Shown one piece after another: positions 14,595 through 29,675 of a stretch of 64,000 nucleotides of DNA. Position 1 is the stretch's first letter, and the number at the start of each line of letters is the position of its first letter. The stretch comes from Octopus vulgaris (lineage: Eukaryota), in the NCBI GenBank assembly GCA_951406725.2, contig OX597830.1:70060001-70124000 (forward strand), read 5' to 3'. The notes under the pieces are model-generated. The model was not told the origin of the DNA. It did not search any database and worked only from the letters and a program-made list of their open reading frames with translations. Both the position numbers and the translations under genes were made by a program.

Positions 14595-15598
14595 TACTAC
14601 TACTAGACGCACCATCTGGATGACGAAGTACCTCTGATGAATTCTTAAACAACAAAGAGATAACTTCTTGGCTTTCTCCGGCTGTCTTTTAAATAGACAA
14701 CAATTTTTGTGAGCTACTGTAAATTTTAAGAAGATGAATCGGGGTGAGAGAGAAACAAATCATCCCCAAAGTTTCATTTATACTTTATATATCGATCTGG
14801 AATGCACGAAAGACGCTGTTTAGCATCTTGGTGAGAATGTTCCATCTGATTCGAAATCCATTGGCTGCTTTTCACAGAACTCTGGGAGTTAGAACTATTA
14901 TATTCATATCGCTAACAGGTCTTTAAAAACATCGAATCTCACAGCCCATCTCTCTGTGATTCTACCTCTCTCTCTCTCTCTCTTTTCCTTCCTCCATCTC
15001 ACTCTCTATTTTGTATCCTATCTAAATTAACTATTACATAACCATCCTCTCACACCGTCTCCGGAAACAGCTGTAAGACCTTCTATCTATAAATGTTCAA
15101 ATATCTACACACCCTTGGTGTTTTTTTATCTCATTACGCAAAAAAATTCTTATATATATATATGTATGTATATATATAAACGTACATATGTATAAATTGT
15201 ATAAACGTAGATATGTATAATTACACAAACAAAACAATTATTATCTATGTATATAATACGTGCATACGTACATATACATCCATACATACAGTCATATGTA
15301 TGCATACATACACACATACATTTGACTATTCCAAGGAATGACACTCACGACAGTATTCGCTAAACTACGACATTTGAAACTTAATCAGTTCTTATATCCA
15401 CGAAGCACGAAAACAATCTTCAGTGGATTTTGTAAAAGTGTTTGGTGCGTAATTCTGGGGAATTTACCAGATATGACTGGAAACATTGGATAGTCAAAGC
15501 GTTGAATTGATAAAAGGTTGGATTACTAAAGAACTAAGATCAGATGGACTATGATGCACGTGTATATTACAGAAACCACAGGCCATAAATACATATAT

Positions 15599-15676
<78 letters not shown>

Positions 15677-15725
15677 TACTTACATACATACATACATATA
15701 CGTGTGTGTGTTTATATATATGTGC

Positions 15726-15763
<38 letters not shown>

Positions 15764-15821
15764 ACGTATATGTATATGTATATATGTATATATATATATA
15801 TGTATATATATGTATATATAC

Positions 15822-15928
<107 letters not shown>

Positions 15929-16381
15929 GTACATAAGTATCGTGTGAATAGTTATGTGTACCCTGATATACAATTGCATCTTTACAAATACATTAGCTGA
16001 CAAACTTACACACAGACCACCCACACACGCACACACATACTTTCACATATGCACACGCCCCCACCCCACCAGTCAGACACTCAGAAGCAAGCAAGTAGGT
16101 GTAAGAAGTCCATCAAAGCTTGAGTATAGAGAAGTATGAGTGTGAATGAATAGAGAATCTCGAAACGTATATTCACGTTCTTCTATTCTTTCATTCTTTT
16201 ATCCTATAATGCGTATATTTTGACATGCATATGCATACATACATCTATATATCCATCTGTCTGTGCAGCTATCTGTATAACCATATATATATTTATATTC
16301 GTATATTCATATTTTCATATATATATATATATATATACATATATATATTTATATATGTGTATGTATGTATGTATGTGTGTG

Positions 16382-16469
<88 letters not shown>

Positions 16470-16600
16470 CGTGTGTGTGTGTGTGTTTAAATGTGAAATT
16501 GTAACTCATACGAGTTAATATTAGTTTAAAAATAACAACGGAACATTTACTAATGGACGGTCGCAATACCGAGGAGTAAATTGTACTTCGCGCTGTGTCG

Positions 16601-16657
<57 letters not shown>

Positions 16658-16759
16658 AACGCATAGATACATACATATATACACATGTATATATATATTT
16701 ATATATGTATATATATATATGTATGTATATATATATTTATATATGTATATATATATATG

Positions 16760-16816
<57 letters not shown>

Positions 16817-17035
16817 GCATACATATACATATATATGTGTATATAAACTTGTGCTTGTATGCTTGCGTGTGTATGTGTGAAGATGTCATCATAAGTTTGT
16901 GTATGTAAATATGTGTGTGTGTGTGCGTGTGTGTGTATGTGTGTGTGTGCGTGTGTGTGTGTATGTGTGTGTGTTTGTCTTTGAATCTCAATCAGTGTAT
17001 GCATACCTTTGTATATGAATGCATCCGTATATGTT

Positions 17036-17072
<37 letters not shown>

Positions 17073-17417
17073 ATGTATGTATGTATGTATGTATGTACGT
17101 ACGTACGGGTCTATGATTGTGTGAGCGTATACGTATATGCGGACGCATTATTTTATTTTGGCGTAATTTGAAATCAGTGGTTCAGAAATGGTTTCTGTTG
17201 GGCCTGAAATTGCCATCAAATATGTCTGCTGCCGCTAGCTTACTTAAACCTATTAAAAGCATTACACTTTGGGGGATTATCAACTCAATATAATTCCCAA
17301 ACTGCGACAATTAATTTCACAATATCTTCAAATTCCAATTACAATATTTTAGAGAGATACAGATACAGTGAGGAGGAGGTTGTGGGGGAAACGAGAATGA
17401 AGTAGACAAATAATTAT

Positions 17418-17462
<45 letters not shown>

Positions 17463-17634
17463 TTATATATTTATATATTTATTTATATATATATATATAT
17501 ATCTGTATGTATATATATGTATATATAATATATGTATGTATATATACATATATATGCATATATATATATACATATGTGCGCATACAATACATATATATAT
17601 TCATATATGTGTGTGAGAGAGAGAGGGAGAGAGA

Positions 17635-17678
<44 letters not shown>

Positions 17679-17958
17679 ATGTGTGTGCGTATATATATAT
17701 ATATAAATACATATGCATATATACATATGTATGAATGTATGCTTGTATGTGTGTATGCATGTATGTATATATATATATATATATATATATGACACTGAGA
17801 TTGACAAATACACATACAAAGCATTTATAGAAAGGAAGGAAGAGAACAATATCCAAATAGAGAAATATACATTATAGTAGAAATTAAATTGTTATATGTA
17901 TATAATATAATATAGTATAATATTATACAAGTATTCATATATAATATATATACTAAAG

Positions 17959-18018
<60 letters not shown>

Positions 18019-18019
18019 G

Positions 18020-18095
<76 letters not shown>

Positions 18096-18124
18096 CCTAT
18101 CTATTTATTTATTTATCTATCTAT
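17959..18124. repeat. (TCTA)n tetranucleotide microsatellite
   Basis: Long near-perfect atct array. Confidence 0.97.
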
Positions 18125-18188
18125 ATAAATATATAAGACAAAGTATAAATTATAGTCATTACATACTCTTTATATTGTAGTAAGTCAG

Positions 18189-18299
18189 ACTTACAGCTGT
18201 TTCCGATAATCATTGTAGGTTCGTTCTTTGATTGGTTTACTCAATCTTAGCATTGATCGGTTGACGTCCTTAAAGAAATAATACTATCCTCATCTGAGT
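18189..18299 (-). ncRNA. Degenerate hammerhead-like motif with a long stem II insert (PLE remnant)
   Basis: Minus strand: act-CAGAUGA-ggata...tatcg-GAAA-cagctg-UA-agt; one core substitution (U4A). Confidence 0.45.
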
Positions 18300-19091
18300 A
18301 ATAATATTCTGATGAAAAAACAAATCCGAAAACTGATAAATGAACGATGCAGACTCGGTGAAAGGATAAGAAAACAGGCAATAAGACACGAGTAGAATAT
18401 TTATCAGTGTAAGTGTGTGTGTCACTGAACTATTTCCTTCTAAAAATATATCTTATTACTCAGCATAAATCTATTGAGTAATCCTTCAACGAACGTTTGA
18501 CTATATATGCATGTGTGTGTCTGTGTGTGTGGGTGTGTCTGCGTGTGCATACCTGTATACATAAAAAACATTAGTGCTATGTTATATAACATAATGTAAT
18601 ATCTATATTCATGTACGTAGTTATATCTGTATGTCTTTAGATCATGCTTGAGCTTATACATAAGGATATTAGACGGAACCAATGAATACAGGTTTAGAAT
18701 AGTTTGTTTTCAAAAGATTATGTCAACCTTCTTTCGGTTCGGGAAAGTTGATTTTCTCAACATTATTGTAGTGAAGATATTCAGTACATGCTTCCAGCTG
18801 AGTTTCATAAAAAACATTAAAGAAACCAAGTATAAAATGGAAGGCTCAAAGAGAATATTATCTTTTTTCTCTACAATACGAGACACTGTGCATATTATCA
18901 GCAACGTAGATGCAAATATCTCAGCTTCTAAGATGAGTCCTACACTTTTAATAGCCCAGCATACTGAAACATACATACATACATACATACATACATACAT
19001 ACATACATACATACATGCCTACATATATGCATATATGTATATATGTGCGTATATATATGTCTGTGTATGTGTGCACACATATGCACACTGA

Positions 19092-19133
<42 letters not shown>

Positions 19134-19224
19134 ATGCATTTTCAGATTTTTCAATATCCTAGACCACTGGTTTTAAATGCTATTAATCAAATTAATATAT
19201 TAATATACAATTTTTCACCCTTTT

Positions 19225-19258
<34 letters not shown>

Positions 19259-19996
19259 GTACTGTTCTATGATGGACATATATATATATATATAATGTAC
19301 TGTTCTATGATGGACATATTGGCTGAAGATTGCGTTAGAACACCAGACGTGTTGAAAAATACTATCTGGCATGCTCTCATCACATGAAACTAATAGTGGC
19401 ACATAAAAACATATATTGTGCTTATTACATTATATACATGCATATCCTGAGAAAGTCAAGGATTTTGACTTTGGCTTAATTTTTAAGAGACCACCTAAAA
19501 GACTCAAAATTTTCGAGGTAAATGTGAACCATCTTATATAAACCGAACAACTACAGTTTACCTTTCGTTAGAGCTTTTTCGATATATATGTGAAGTGGGG
19601 AAGTGCTCATTGATTAGTATAAGGAAGGGATATGGATACATATAAGCCGTCAACTGTGGATAAATTTAAACTATGAAAGCATTACCGTCGTCTTAGTGGA
19701 AGTCTTATTAATTGACAATACCTCTTCTTTATGAACTTTTGTCCCCTACACCAATCTAAGAAATCAATATGTCTTTACATAAGATATTTTATACTGAAAT
19801 TCATATATTCGTTATTTAAAAAAACAAAAAAACAAAAACACAAAATATTAAACGAAGACAAAAAAATACACGAAAATAGATAAATGAATAAACAAATATA
19901 TAAAATAAATAAAATCGAAATTTCGAAAATCTATAATTTTGTTTACTGTATCAGTCGACAAAAATTCATTGACCGAACCGAAACTGTCACTTGTGT

Positions 19997-19998
19997 TA

Positions 19999-20073
<75 letters not shown>

Positions 20074-20074
20074 C

Positions 20075-20108
<34 letters not shown>

Positions 20109-20137
20109 TCATCATATCATTATTTTTATTATTGTTA

Positions 20138-20207
<70 letters not shown>
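19997..20207. repeat. (TTA)n trinucleotide microsatellite
   Basis: Direct reading; explains the poly-L/I/Y/N ORFs. Confidence 0.97.
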
Positions 20208-20379
20208 CACTGTGTTTTTGCAATGTTTTACTTTCGGTTAATTATCGAATTGATTTTAAAGAAAATTATTGTTGATAAATCGATGTGCACTTTCCAAGAA
20301 TAAGCAATAACTTGTTAATGTTACAACAGGCTGCGAATTGGAACCAAAGATGAAATCGATACTTTGATATCTAATATTA

Positions 20380-20433
<54 letters not shown>

Positions 20434-20689
20434 TAAATAATAGAGGACACTGAACTTGTGTCCTCGATATGGGAAAAGCGGTCAAATGTGGTCATACGAA
20501 TATTTAGTGTGACAACACAATACATGAGATATAAACGCAAAGAAGAAATAAATATTCAATCGAAAAATAAAAGGGATGATGTGAAGATACATAGGAACGC
20601 TGGGATTGACAGAAAATTCGATTATAAAAGTGTGCCAGAAAAACCTCGAACAGGATTAACTTTCTGCCACACCCTGCCGCTACTGAAGT

Positions 20690-20889
20690 TGGACAGATGG
20701 CAAAGGTGTCTTCGTAACTAAGTTTTTTTTGTTTTCTTCTTTAACGTTCTGAGTTCAAATTCTGCGGAGTTCGGATTTGTCTTTCACCCTTTGGAAGTCG
20801 ATAAAAAATATGTACTTGATCACAGGGGTCGATTTAATCGATTTGGCCCCGCCCTCAAAACAGCTGGCCTTGTACCAAAATTTGAAACC

Positions 20890-20890
<1 letters not shown>
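20690..20890 (+). mobile_element. Older SINE-B variant with tail ctggccttgtaccaaaatttgaaacc
   Basis: cgttctgagttcaaattctgc...ctttcaccctttggaagtcgataaaa; similar degenerate copies at ~5265-5385, 6585-6695, 29815-29990, 36000-36105 and 36230-36425. Confidence 0.8.
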
Positions 20891-20892
<2 letters not shown>

Positions 20893-20957
<65 letters not shown>

Positions 20958-21083
20958 CATCATCATCATCATCATCATCATTGCCTTTGCACAGCTTTTA
21001 ATGCCGGAGATGTGTCAGCTGTTCACTTATTTTTCGAGCACCTTCCAGAGTATTCGAGCAGTTCCAACGAGTGCTGTTTTCAC
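20893..21083 (-). mobile_element. Extreme 3' end of an R4/Dong-like non-LTR element with (TGA)n(TAA)n tail
   Basis: 21083-21027 translates VKTALVGTARILWKVLEK*, homologous to the QKIALLGTAHILRRTL terminus at 46429; a short UTR is followed by the microsatellite. Confidence 0.75.
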
Positions 21084-21460
21084 TTTTTTTAAAAGACAAT
21101 AAAGTGTGATCTGAGACGATTGGGCTGTTATTTCTAAAGGGTCAAATCATTTAGAGACTCTGTTATCGGGTGAGTTTCTATTATCATACTTCATATGTAA
21201 CGAATTATGATTTTTTTAATACCCAGAATGCAACGTACGAGACTTGGTAATGACAATCCAAATACATCACGGACGTTTTTAAGATTGGTTACGTTTCTTC
21301 TCTGATGATTTTTGTGATCTAAGTTGAGGATAAATGTTGAAGTTATTCATTTATTAACTGTAATGAACTGTTTAAGTCGTTCATTCATTCATTCATACAC
21401 ACACAGACACACGCATATACACACACATATAGACATATATATATATGTATGTGTGTGTGC

Positions 21461-21512
<52 letters not shown>

Positions 21513-21515
21513 ATG

Positions 21516-21610
<95 letters not shown>

Positions 21611-21618
21611 GTATATTT

Positions 21619-21658
<40 letters not shown>

Positions 21659-21659
21659 G

Positions 21660-21710
<51 letters not shown>

Positions 21711-21734
21711 GTCTTCTTCGGCCACGAGTGGACG

Positions 21735-21765
<31 letters not shown>

Positions 21766-21842
21766 CTAATGACAAGTGATATATAAATACATATACACAC
21801 ACATACATGCACGTGTATACACACATACAGGTAGAATATATC

Positions 21843-21874
<32 letters not shown>

Positions 21875-21902
21875 CTTGCATACATATACATACATCTATG
21901 AG

Positions 21903-21938
<36 letters not shown>

Positions 21939-22384
21939 ATACAAGCCTATAAACATACACACATACGCATACATATATCTATCGGTATACACAGAAAGAC
22001 ACGACATAAAACGCAGGTACAACCAAATTATATATATATATATTATTATTATTATTATTATTATTATCTGTAATGGCAGCGAGAGGTAAAGGTTATTTAT
22101 TATTAAACGATTCATTGAAGCCTGCAGTGAGCGACTGGTTTGAGACATTGACATTGCTGTCTGTTGGCAAAAGGGAAGTTTAATATTGAATGTGGAGGCC
22201 GCTCATGGTGCCGATATAGAAGTTGATAGTTGGCCGGTTACATTTGTAAATGTTTGTTTCTTTCTCCTAATTTAGAATTAATTATGCATAACATTCAATA
22301 AGGTATAATAGAGGTGGGCGGTGGGGGTAAGGGTGAATGGGACGGGGAAAGGTCCTTTATTTGATTGTTTTGTGTCTTTTATTA

Positions 22385-22468
<84 letters not shown>

Positions 22469-22488
22469 TGTTATATTTCGGAATGGTC

Positions 22489-22520
<32 letters not shown>

Positions 22521-22579
22521 GTGTATATATATGTATATATATGTATGTATATATATATGTATGTATATATATATGTATG

Positions 22580-22633
<54 letters not shown>

Positions 22634-22661
22634 TATATATATGTGTATATATATGTATGTG

Positions 22662-22726
<65 letters not shown>

Positions 22727-22789
22727 AAGAAGGAAAGAAGAGCAATGAAAGAAATGGCGGATAGCAAGGCAGGGGCAGATTGAAAGAGT

Positions 22790-22930
22790 GAGAGAAACAC
22801 GGAGAGAGAGAGAGAGGGGGGATAGAGAGATGAAAGAGAGGGGGAGAAAGGAGAAAGAGATTTTCGATAAAAATGTAATAATAGAGAATATTGAGTTAAG
22901 AGAAATAATGTCACAAAGTAAAGATAAAGG

Positions 22931-22983
<53 letters not shown>

Positions 22984-23258
22984 AGAGAAAGAGAGAGAGA
23001 GAGGAGAGTGAAAGAGAGAGAGAGACAGGAGAGAAAGAGAGGCGGTAAAATAAAGTTTAGATTGGAAAGGAATAGACTGAAGGAGGTGACGAAGGAAAGA
23101 GTGAGAGAGAGAGAGGGAGGGAGAGAGAGAAAGAGGAAGGATGGAGAGACAGGTTATTAGGGAAAGTGATTCTTAACGAGGAAAGGCATTAAGTAGTGAA
23201 GAAGATTTGGCTGACTCAGCCAAAGAAGTGTGTGTACGAATGTGTGTGTATGTGTGTA

Positions 23259-23294
<36 letters not shown>

Positions 23295-23653
23295 GAAGAC
23301 ATACAGAGAGAGAGAGAGATACAGAGAGAGAGAGAGAATACAGAGTGAGATACAGACATACATACAGAGAGAGAATAAGATATAGCGAAGGAGAGAGAGA
23401 GAGAGGAAGAAAAACAGAGAGAGAGAGAGAGAGGAAGATAAAGAAGGAGAGAGAGAAAGAAAGACAGACAGACATACAGAGACAGACAGACAGACATACA
23501 TAGAGAGAGAGAGAGGAAGGAGAGAGAAAGAGCAGATTAAAGTGAGATGAGGGTGAGCCAGGTTATGGACAGATAAAAACCATAGACAAAGAAAATGACG
23601 GTAAAACAATCAGAGACGAGGGAGAAAGTGAAAGAGAATTGGATAGAAAAAGA

Positions 23654-23700
<47 letters not shown>

Positions 23701-23735
23701 GAAGAGTGAGAAAGAGAGAGAGAGAAAGAGAGAAA
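22790..23735. repeat. ~950 bp purine-rich (GA)n/GA-degenerate tract with CA/TG inserts
   Basis: Direct reading. Confidence 0.9.
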
Positions 23736-23928
23736 TCGATGTGATTGATATAAACTGAAGGAAAAATGGTGAGATTGTTATGTGGGTGGTGAAGATTTAG
23801 TGTCTAAATGATGTATATTTAATATGGAAGGAACTGACCATATTGTTAGCTCACATTGTTATGATATACATATACATACACACACACGCATAGATACATA
23901 CATACATACATATCATATACGTATTATA

Positions 23929-23986
<58 letters not shown>

Positions 23987-24170
23987 AAAACACATATATA
24001 TGTCTATACACATACATCACATACACACATATATATATGCATATATATATTTTCATATATATTTATATATATATGCATATATATATATATATGTATGAGA
24101 CTGTCACTGACATGCACTTTTATATACACATAAACACATACATTCATGCATAAACAAATCACATCAATAT

Positions 24171-24206
<36 letters not shown>

Positions 24207-25255
24207 ACACACAGACACATACACACATACAGACACACACACACACACACACAGACACACACACACACACAGGAAACAAACATGAGTGGTGTTAACGTTT
24301 CTTACTCACTTTCAAGCACTTGCATTCACACACTCATGAATCATAATCATACACACACACACACACACAAAAACACTAACAAATGGACATTCACTTACAC
24401 ACACACGTAGACACACACACACATGTACACACAAGCACACACATACACACGCATACATACACGTACACATATGGAGATATTATTACACACAAGCGAAAAC
24501 ATGTCTTGAACTGCGAGTGTCTTATCTGTGGCTTACCAAGGATTTGTTGGCAGTTTAGATGAATAAACAAGAGAATCTATGCGGAAACTTACTCTCTACA
24601 CTTCATCTATTTACTATTTATTTATCTGGCCGTGTAAACCTTAGCGTTATAACATAGATTCTGCCAACTTAATCGTCTATCAGTAACTATTGAAATATTC
24701 ATTATTTCTCAGTTTTGATGTAGGCATTGAGGTTTGCAGTCGAGGTTAGCCTCGGACTTGGAGCTCTGGGGTTCGGGTTAAGAGAGAACAAAACCATAAA
24801 ACAAGGTCAACTGTAGAGGAAGGAAGGGAAAAAAAAAAAACATATATCATGTCTTCTATTTTGTATGGTAATTCCACGCAGAGAAATCGGATGGTCCTGC
24901 TGTCCAGTGTAGTTGGACAATCAGCCGAGAGGTCACCAGTTCAAATGCTATCACTTGCACATGATTGCTGATGTTGTTGCTGGAGTTGTTTGACCCCGGT
25001 TCATCTCTGATAGATCAGACCTACGATTAAAGTCACTCCAGCCATGGCTATTACGACTATTTCTTTTTTAAGATATAGAGAATCTAGAACTACATTTAAC
25101 CAATATTTCTTTCCTTATTGTTTTTAAAATTCAGCTGCTACCTCTAGCAGAATAAATGACCTCATACAAGCTCCATCTGACAAAAGATTTTTTAACTTAC
25201 TAGCTTGTCATCGTTGTTTTTGCTTAACCACAGGCCAGAGCTGATCGCATAGACC

Positions 25256-25467
25256 AGTAATGCACAACTGGGTCCATATAAGATTTTATTGTTAAAATTC
25301 CTGTGCTATACATTGGTTATACTTCTATTCTAACGATTTTCAATACAATTTCTTATATTTAATAAAAATATATTGAAATATTTTAAACCGCGAGTGCTTA
25401 GAGGGTCCACCTGAGTAAAATATCAAAGGGGTCCATAGGTAAAAAAAAAAATAGTTGGGAAAGACTA
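25256..25467. mobile_element. hAT (Charlie-like) MITE inserted into a family C repeat
   Basis: Degenerate termini cagtaatgcacaact...agttgggaaagacta and subterminal ggggtccat motifs. The host family C sequence resumes on either side (ctgatcgcatagac | ctacgatcaaaga). Confidence 0.55.
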
Positions 25468-25618
25468 GAGTAAATCTACGATCAAAGATAGTTCAGCCAT
25501 GACCATCACTTTCGAGTTCCAAACATCATCAATACGGGACTACAGTTATCCGATATCCGAATTGCTTTTTTAAACGACAGGGTACATCGTGAAAGAAATT
25601 TATCTACTATTATCGAAA

Positions 25619-25659
<41 letters not shown>

Positions 25660-25897
25660 TATATAGTGGCTTAGCTGACCGAAGCTCGAAACTCCGAAGT
25701 TACTGCCAGCAAACTTCTTGTTTAAAAATAATAAATTTGTACTCTACAGAAAGAGTAAGCTTATCAGATTAATGTAAATATATATATAGCATATGCAAAT
25801 TTGTAGCTATAGAAGCAACAGTGATGGAGACTACAGGATTTGTTGAGTATATACGCAGACTGCTTATTTCTTAAGGCTTGGTTAGAACTATGTAGAC

Positions 25898-25940
25898 GCT
25901 TCTGATGAGAATCGAATAAGGTTCAAAAATCGATTAAGGC
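25898..25940 (+). ncRNA. Degenerate minimal type I hammerhead ribozyme
   Basis: gctt-CUGAUGA-gaatc(gaataa)ggttc-AAAA-atcgat-UA-aggc; correct spacing and palindromic stem III, with a G12A substitution. Confidence 0.6.
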
Positions 25941-26807
25941 TATTCCATCAATTTTTCAGTCTACGGAGAAATATTAAAATTTGCCCTGCATATATACATA
26001 AAATACATCAAGTACTGGACATCACCAACGAATATATATGTATAGATGTATGTATGTATGTATGTATGTATACATGTTTGTATCTATTATGTATGTGTGT
26101 GCTTGTGTGTATGTATGTATTATGTATTTATGTATGTTGTATGTAAGTATGTATATGAGGGATTACAACAAGGGAAGGCCTCTGATCATAGAACATAGGT
26201 CTGTGCGATCAGGGTTGACCTACGGCTAAAGTCAACAGCAACGACCGCGACAGCGGCATAAGCAATCGCAATGACCACAAGAACCAACCACACAAAATAA
26301 AAGTATCTATGTACTTGATAACGATGACTTTGGTGTTGGACCGATAATGGAGTTCCTTACACGATAATGAAGTTTACGACTTGATAATGGAGATTTTTTA
26401 AATAGATAACTAAGTATCAATATGTCGATGGTGATGTTTGGCGTTTCATATCAGACTCAGTCCGCTCATAATGGAATTTATCACCGTATAAGCGCATTGT
26501 TAACTTGAAACTAGCGCTGTTTGTTTGCTTTATCGATCTGTTTACTTAATTTAAAAGCAGTTGATTACGAGAGATGGTGAAGATGTTTACTAAACGATGA
26601 AATTGTTAATTGGATTTAGAATATATATATATACACGCACACGACCTGTTAATGTGATGATAATGATGAATGTGTGTATGTAGGTGTGTTTCTATGCAAG
26701 TATGTATGTGTGTTTGAAAGTATGTATGTGTGTATGCATATCTATGTGTACATATGTGTGTGCGTGTGTGTGTGTGTGTGTGTGCGTGTGTGTGTGTGCG
26801 TGTGTGC

Positions 26808-26842
<35 letters not shown>

Positions 26843-27051
26843 CTGGTACGAATATGGATTTAAGTATGTACCTTATTGTAAGTATGAATGTATGTATTTA
26901 TGTGTTTATGTAGGTATGTTTCTATGTAAGTATGTATGGGTGTATGCATATCTATGTGTATGTATGTGTGTGTGTATGTTTGTACGAATGTGGATTTAAG
27001 TATGTACTTTATTGTAAGTATGAATGTGTGTATGTGTGTGTGCATGTATGC

Positions 27052-27086
<35 letters not shown>

Positions 27087-27266
27087 GGTGAGTTGTGCAA
27101 GTATGTATGCAGGGATGAATGCATGTATGTATATTTGTATGGTGTGCATAGATGTGTACGATTTGCACGTGAGGATATGTATATGCGTGTATGTACGTAT
27201 GCACACATACACGCACGCATACAAGCACATACACACGTACACATGCACATACACGTGCACACACCC

Positions 27267-27300
<34 letters not shown>

Positions 27301-27646
27301 ATCAATGTTTGTATGCATACAGATATATATATATATATATATACACATATGTATATATATGTGTGTGTATGCCTACCTCTCCCTTTGTAATTACCATTGA
27401 AACTGTGTAATAGTTTATTCACACATGCGCACATTTATACTTACATACATTCTTATACGCAAACATAGACTTAATCATACAACCATACATATAAAAAATT
27501 TGGATCCTCCGTCGGTTTCGATGAGGAGTTTTCCAGTTGCTCCACTACCCAAACTACTGACTCACTGAATCATTATGTCGATAAGCGATTATTACACCGA
27601 CGCTCGTACCTTTAACAAAATTCTCGAGATGATTCAGTTTAATATA

Positions 27647-27842
27647 TTCTTTTCTACTCTCTTGGGGGAGAGGGCCAGTCGATTATATCGACCCCAGTAC
27701 GGAACTGGTACTTCATTTATCGACCCCGAAAAGATGAAAGGTAAAGTCGGCCTCGGCGGAATTTGAACTCAGAACGTAAAGACAGACGAAATACCACTAA
27801 GCATTTCGCCCGGCGTGATAACGTTTCTGCCAGCTCGCCGCC
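27647..27842 (-). mobile_element. SINE-B copy with third tail variant (agagtagaaaagaa)
   Basis: Head and core match other B copies; the same tail type occurs at 61998-62182. Confidence 0.9.
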
Positions 27843-27979
27843 TTTCAGTGTAATATAATATATGACCAAATTAGATTTTGGAATTGTAGGTACAATCCAT
27901 AGACTAATGACTGAAATTGAAATTTTCCCTGTGTATGGAGACTTTTGAATCACCATATATATATCAAAACGGATCAAAG

Positions 27980-28226
27980 AATTTTCGCGGGCCATGGGTT
28001 TGTAAGGATGGTTTCCCAAATTCTGTGGCGTGTATATTCCCTCATCTGGACGGAATGGCACGCAAGTCCATCGCAGGATTGCACATTTTTGCCGGTTGAG
28101 TGGACTGGAGAAGCGTGAAATGAAGAAGTTTGCTCAAGATTACAACACATTGCCCGGTCCAGGAATCGAAATCATAATCTTACGATCATCAGCGCAACAC
28201 CTTAACCATTAAGCCACGCGCCTTCA
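27980..28226 (-). mobile_element. SINE family D copy
   Basis: Reverse complement aligns with 39867-40115 (tRNA-like head, ttgagcaaa.cttc.tcatttcac body, gatggac...ccgtccag tail). Confidence 0.85.
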
Positions 28227-28267
28227 CCCTACATATATGTATGGATGTCTCTGTCCTGCTATATACT

Positions 28268-28674
28268 GGATTCAAATTTTAGCACAAGGCCAGCAGTTTG
28301 GTGGGAGGAGGGGGAAGGGGTAAGTCGATTATATCGATCTGAGTCCTCGCTCGTACTTATTTTATCGACTGCGGAAGGACAAAAGGTAAAGACTACTTCG
28401 GCGGAATTAGAACTCAGAAAGTAAAGAGGGACAAAATACATATTTCTTTACTACCCACAAGGGGCTAAACACAGAGGGGACAAACAAGGACAGACAAACG
28501 GATTAAGTCGATTATATCGACTCCAGTGCGTAACTGGTACTTATTTAATCGAGTCCGAAAGGATGAAAGGCAAAGTCGGCCACGGCGGAATTTGAACTCA
28601 GAACGTAACGGCAGACAAAAAAAAACGGCTACGCATTTCGCCCGGTGTGCTAACGTTTCGGCCAGCTCGCCGCC
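28268..28674 (-). mobile_element. Two SINE-B copies in tandem (old variant 28268-28440, young copy 28441-28674)
   Basis: The young copy's tail joins the old copy's head at acaaaataca|tatttcttta. Confidence 0.92.
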
Positions 28675-29137
28675 TTAGTCTATCGTTATATTTATTGATA
28701 TTTACAAAGGTTGCCGCAACTGTTAAATATATACACGGAAAAAAAATTGCTTACAATGTCAGTCACTAATGTCAAATTGCCACCAATGTGCGAGATGTCA
28801 CTTGTTCATTGTTACTAAGAATTGTTTATTCCAAAGAAAAAACAAAAAAAAAAACGTAAAACAAAAGAGGAGAAAAAGATTGCCATGGTTACAAAGTCTC
28901 TGGAGATTCAGGCTTGATAAAACATGAAAGGAATTTCTAAATTATTTAAAGACAATGTTTTTAACTGACTGATAATGCGCGTGTATATTTTTTTGTATTT
29001 CATTGTGTGTATATTGTTATATATTCGTGAATGTACATATATTTTTTGTGCCCTGCGTATAATCGGATATGTGAACTCTTTTGGCATGCCTGATTACATG
29101 TTCGCGTGAATTTGTATGTATACGTACGTATGTATGC

Positions 29138-29168
<31 letters not shown>

Positions 29169-29343
29169 TGTATGTGTGTATGTATGTGTGTTTATATGTG
29201 TGTCTGTACGCATGCATACGTGCAAATATGTTTGTATGTGTAACAAAAGTATTGCATGTAAGCGTGTATTTGAGCATTGAAGTTATAATCTGTAAACGAA
29301 AACGAAAATGGTGTGTTTAAAGCACACTTATGATTACGTCGTA

Positions 29344-29409
<66 letters not shown>

Positions 29410-29574
29410 CACATATATATATATATACATATATATACATATACATATATACATATATATATACATATATATATATATGTATGCATGTATATATATATAT
29501 ATATATATATTATTTATTTATATATATATATTTATATACTTATTTATTTATATATATATATTTATATACTTATT

Positions 29575-29675
<101 letters not shown>

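Noticed and set aside
18648-19091. 147-aa ORF with non-repetitive first half
   Set aside because: Non-ATG start, no recognisable motif, ends in microsatellite, no supportable splice structure.
28898-28931. Additional hammerhead-like strings (also ~2573-2614 minus, ~18306-18342, ~32713-32746, ~40857)
   Set aside because: Multiple core or stem defects; not distinguishable from chance in AT-rich DNA.
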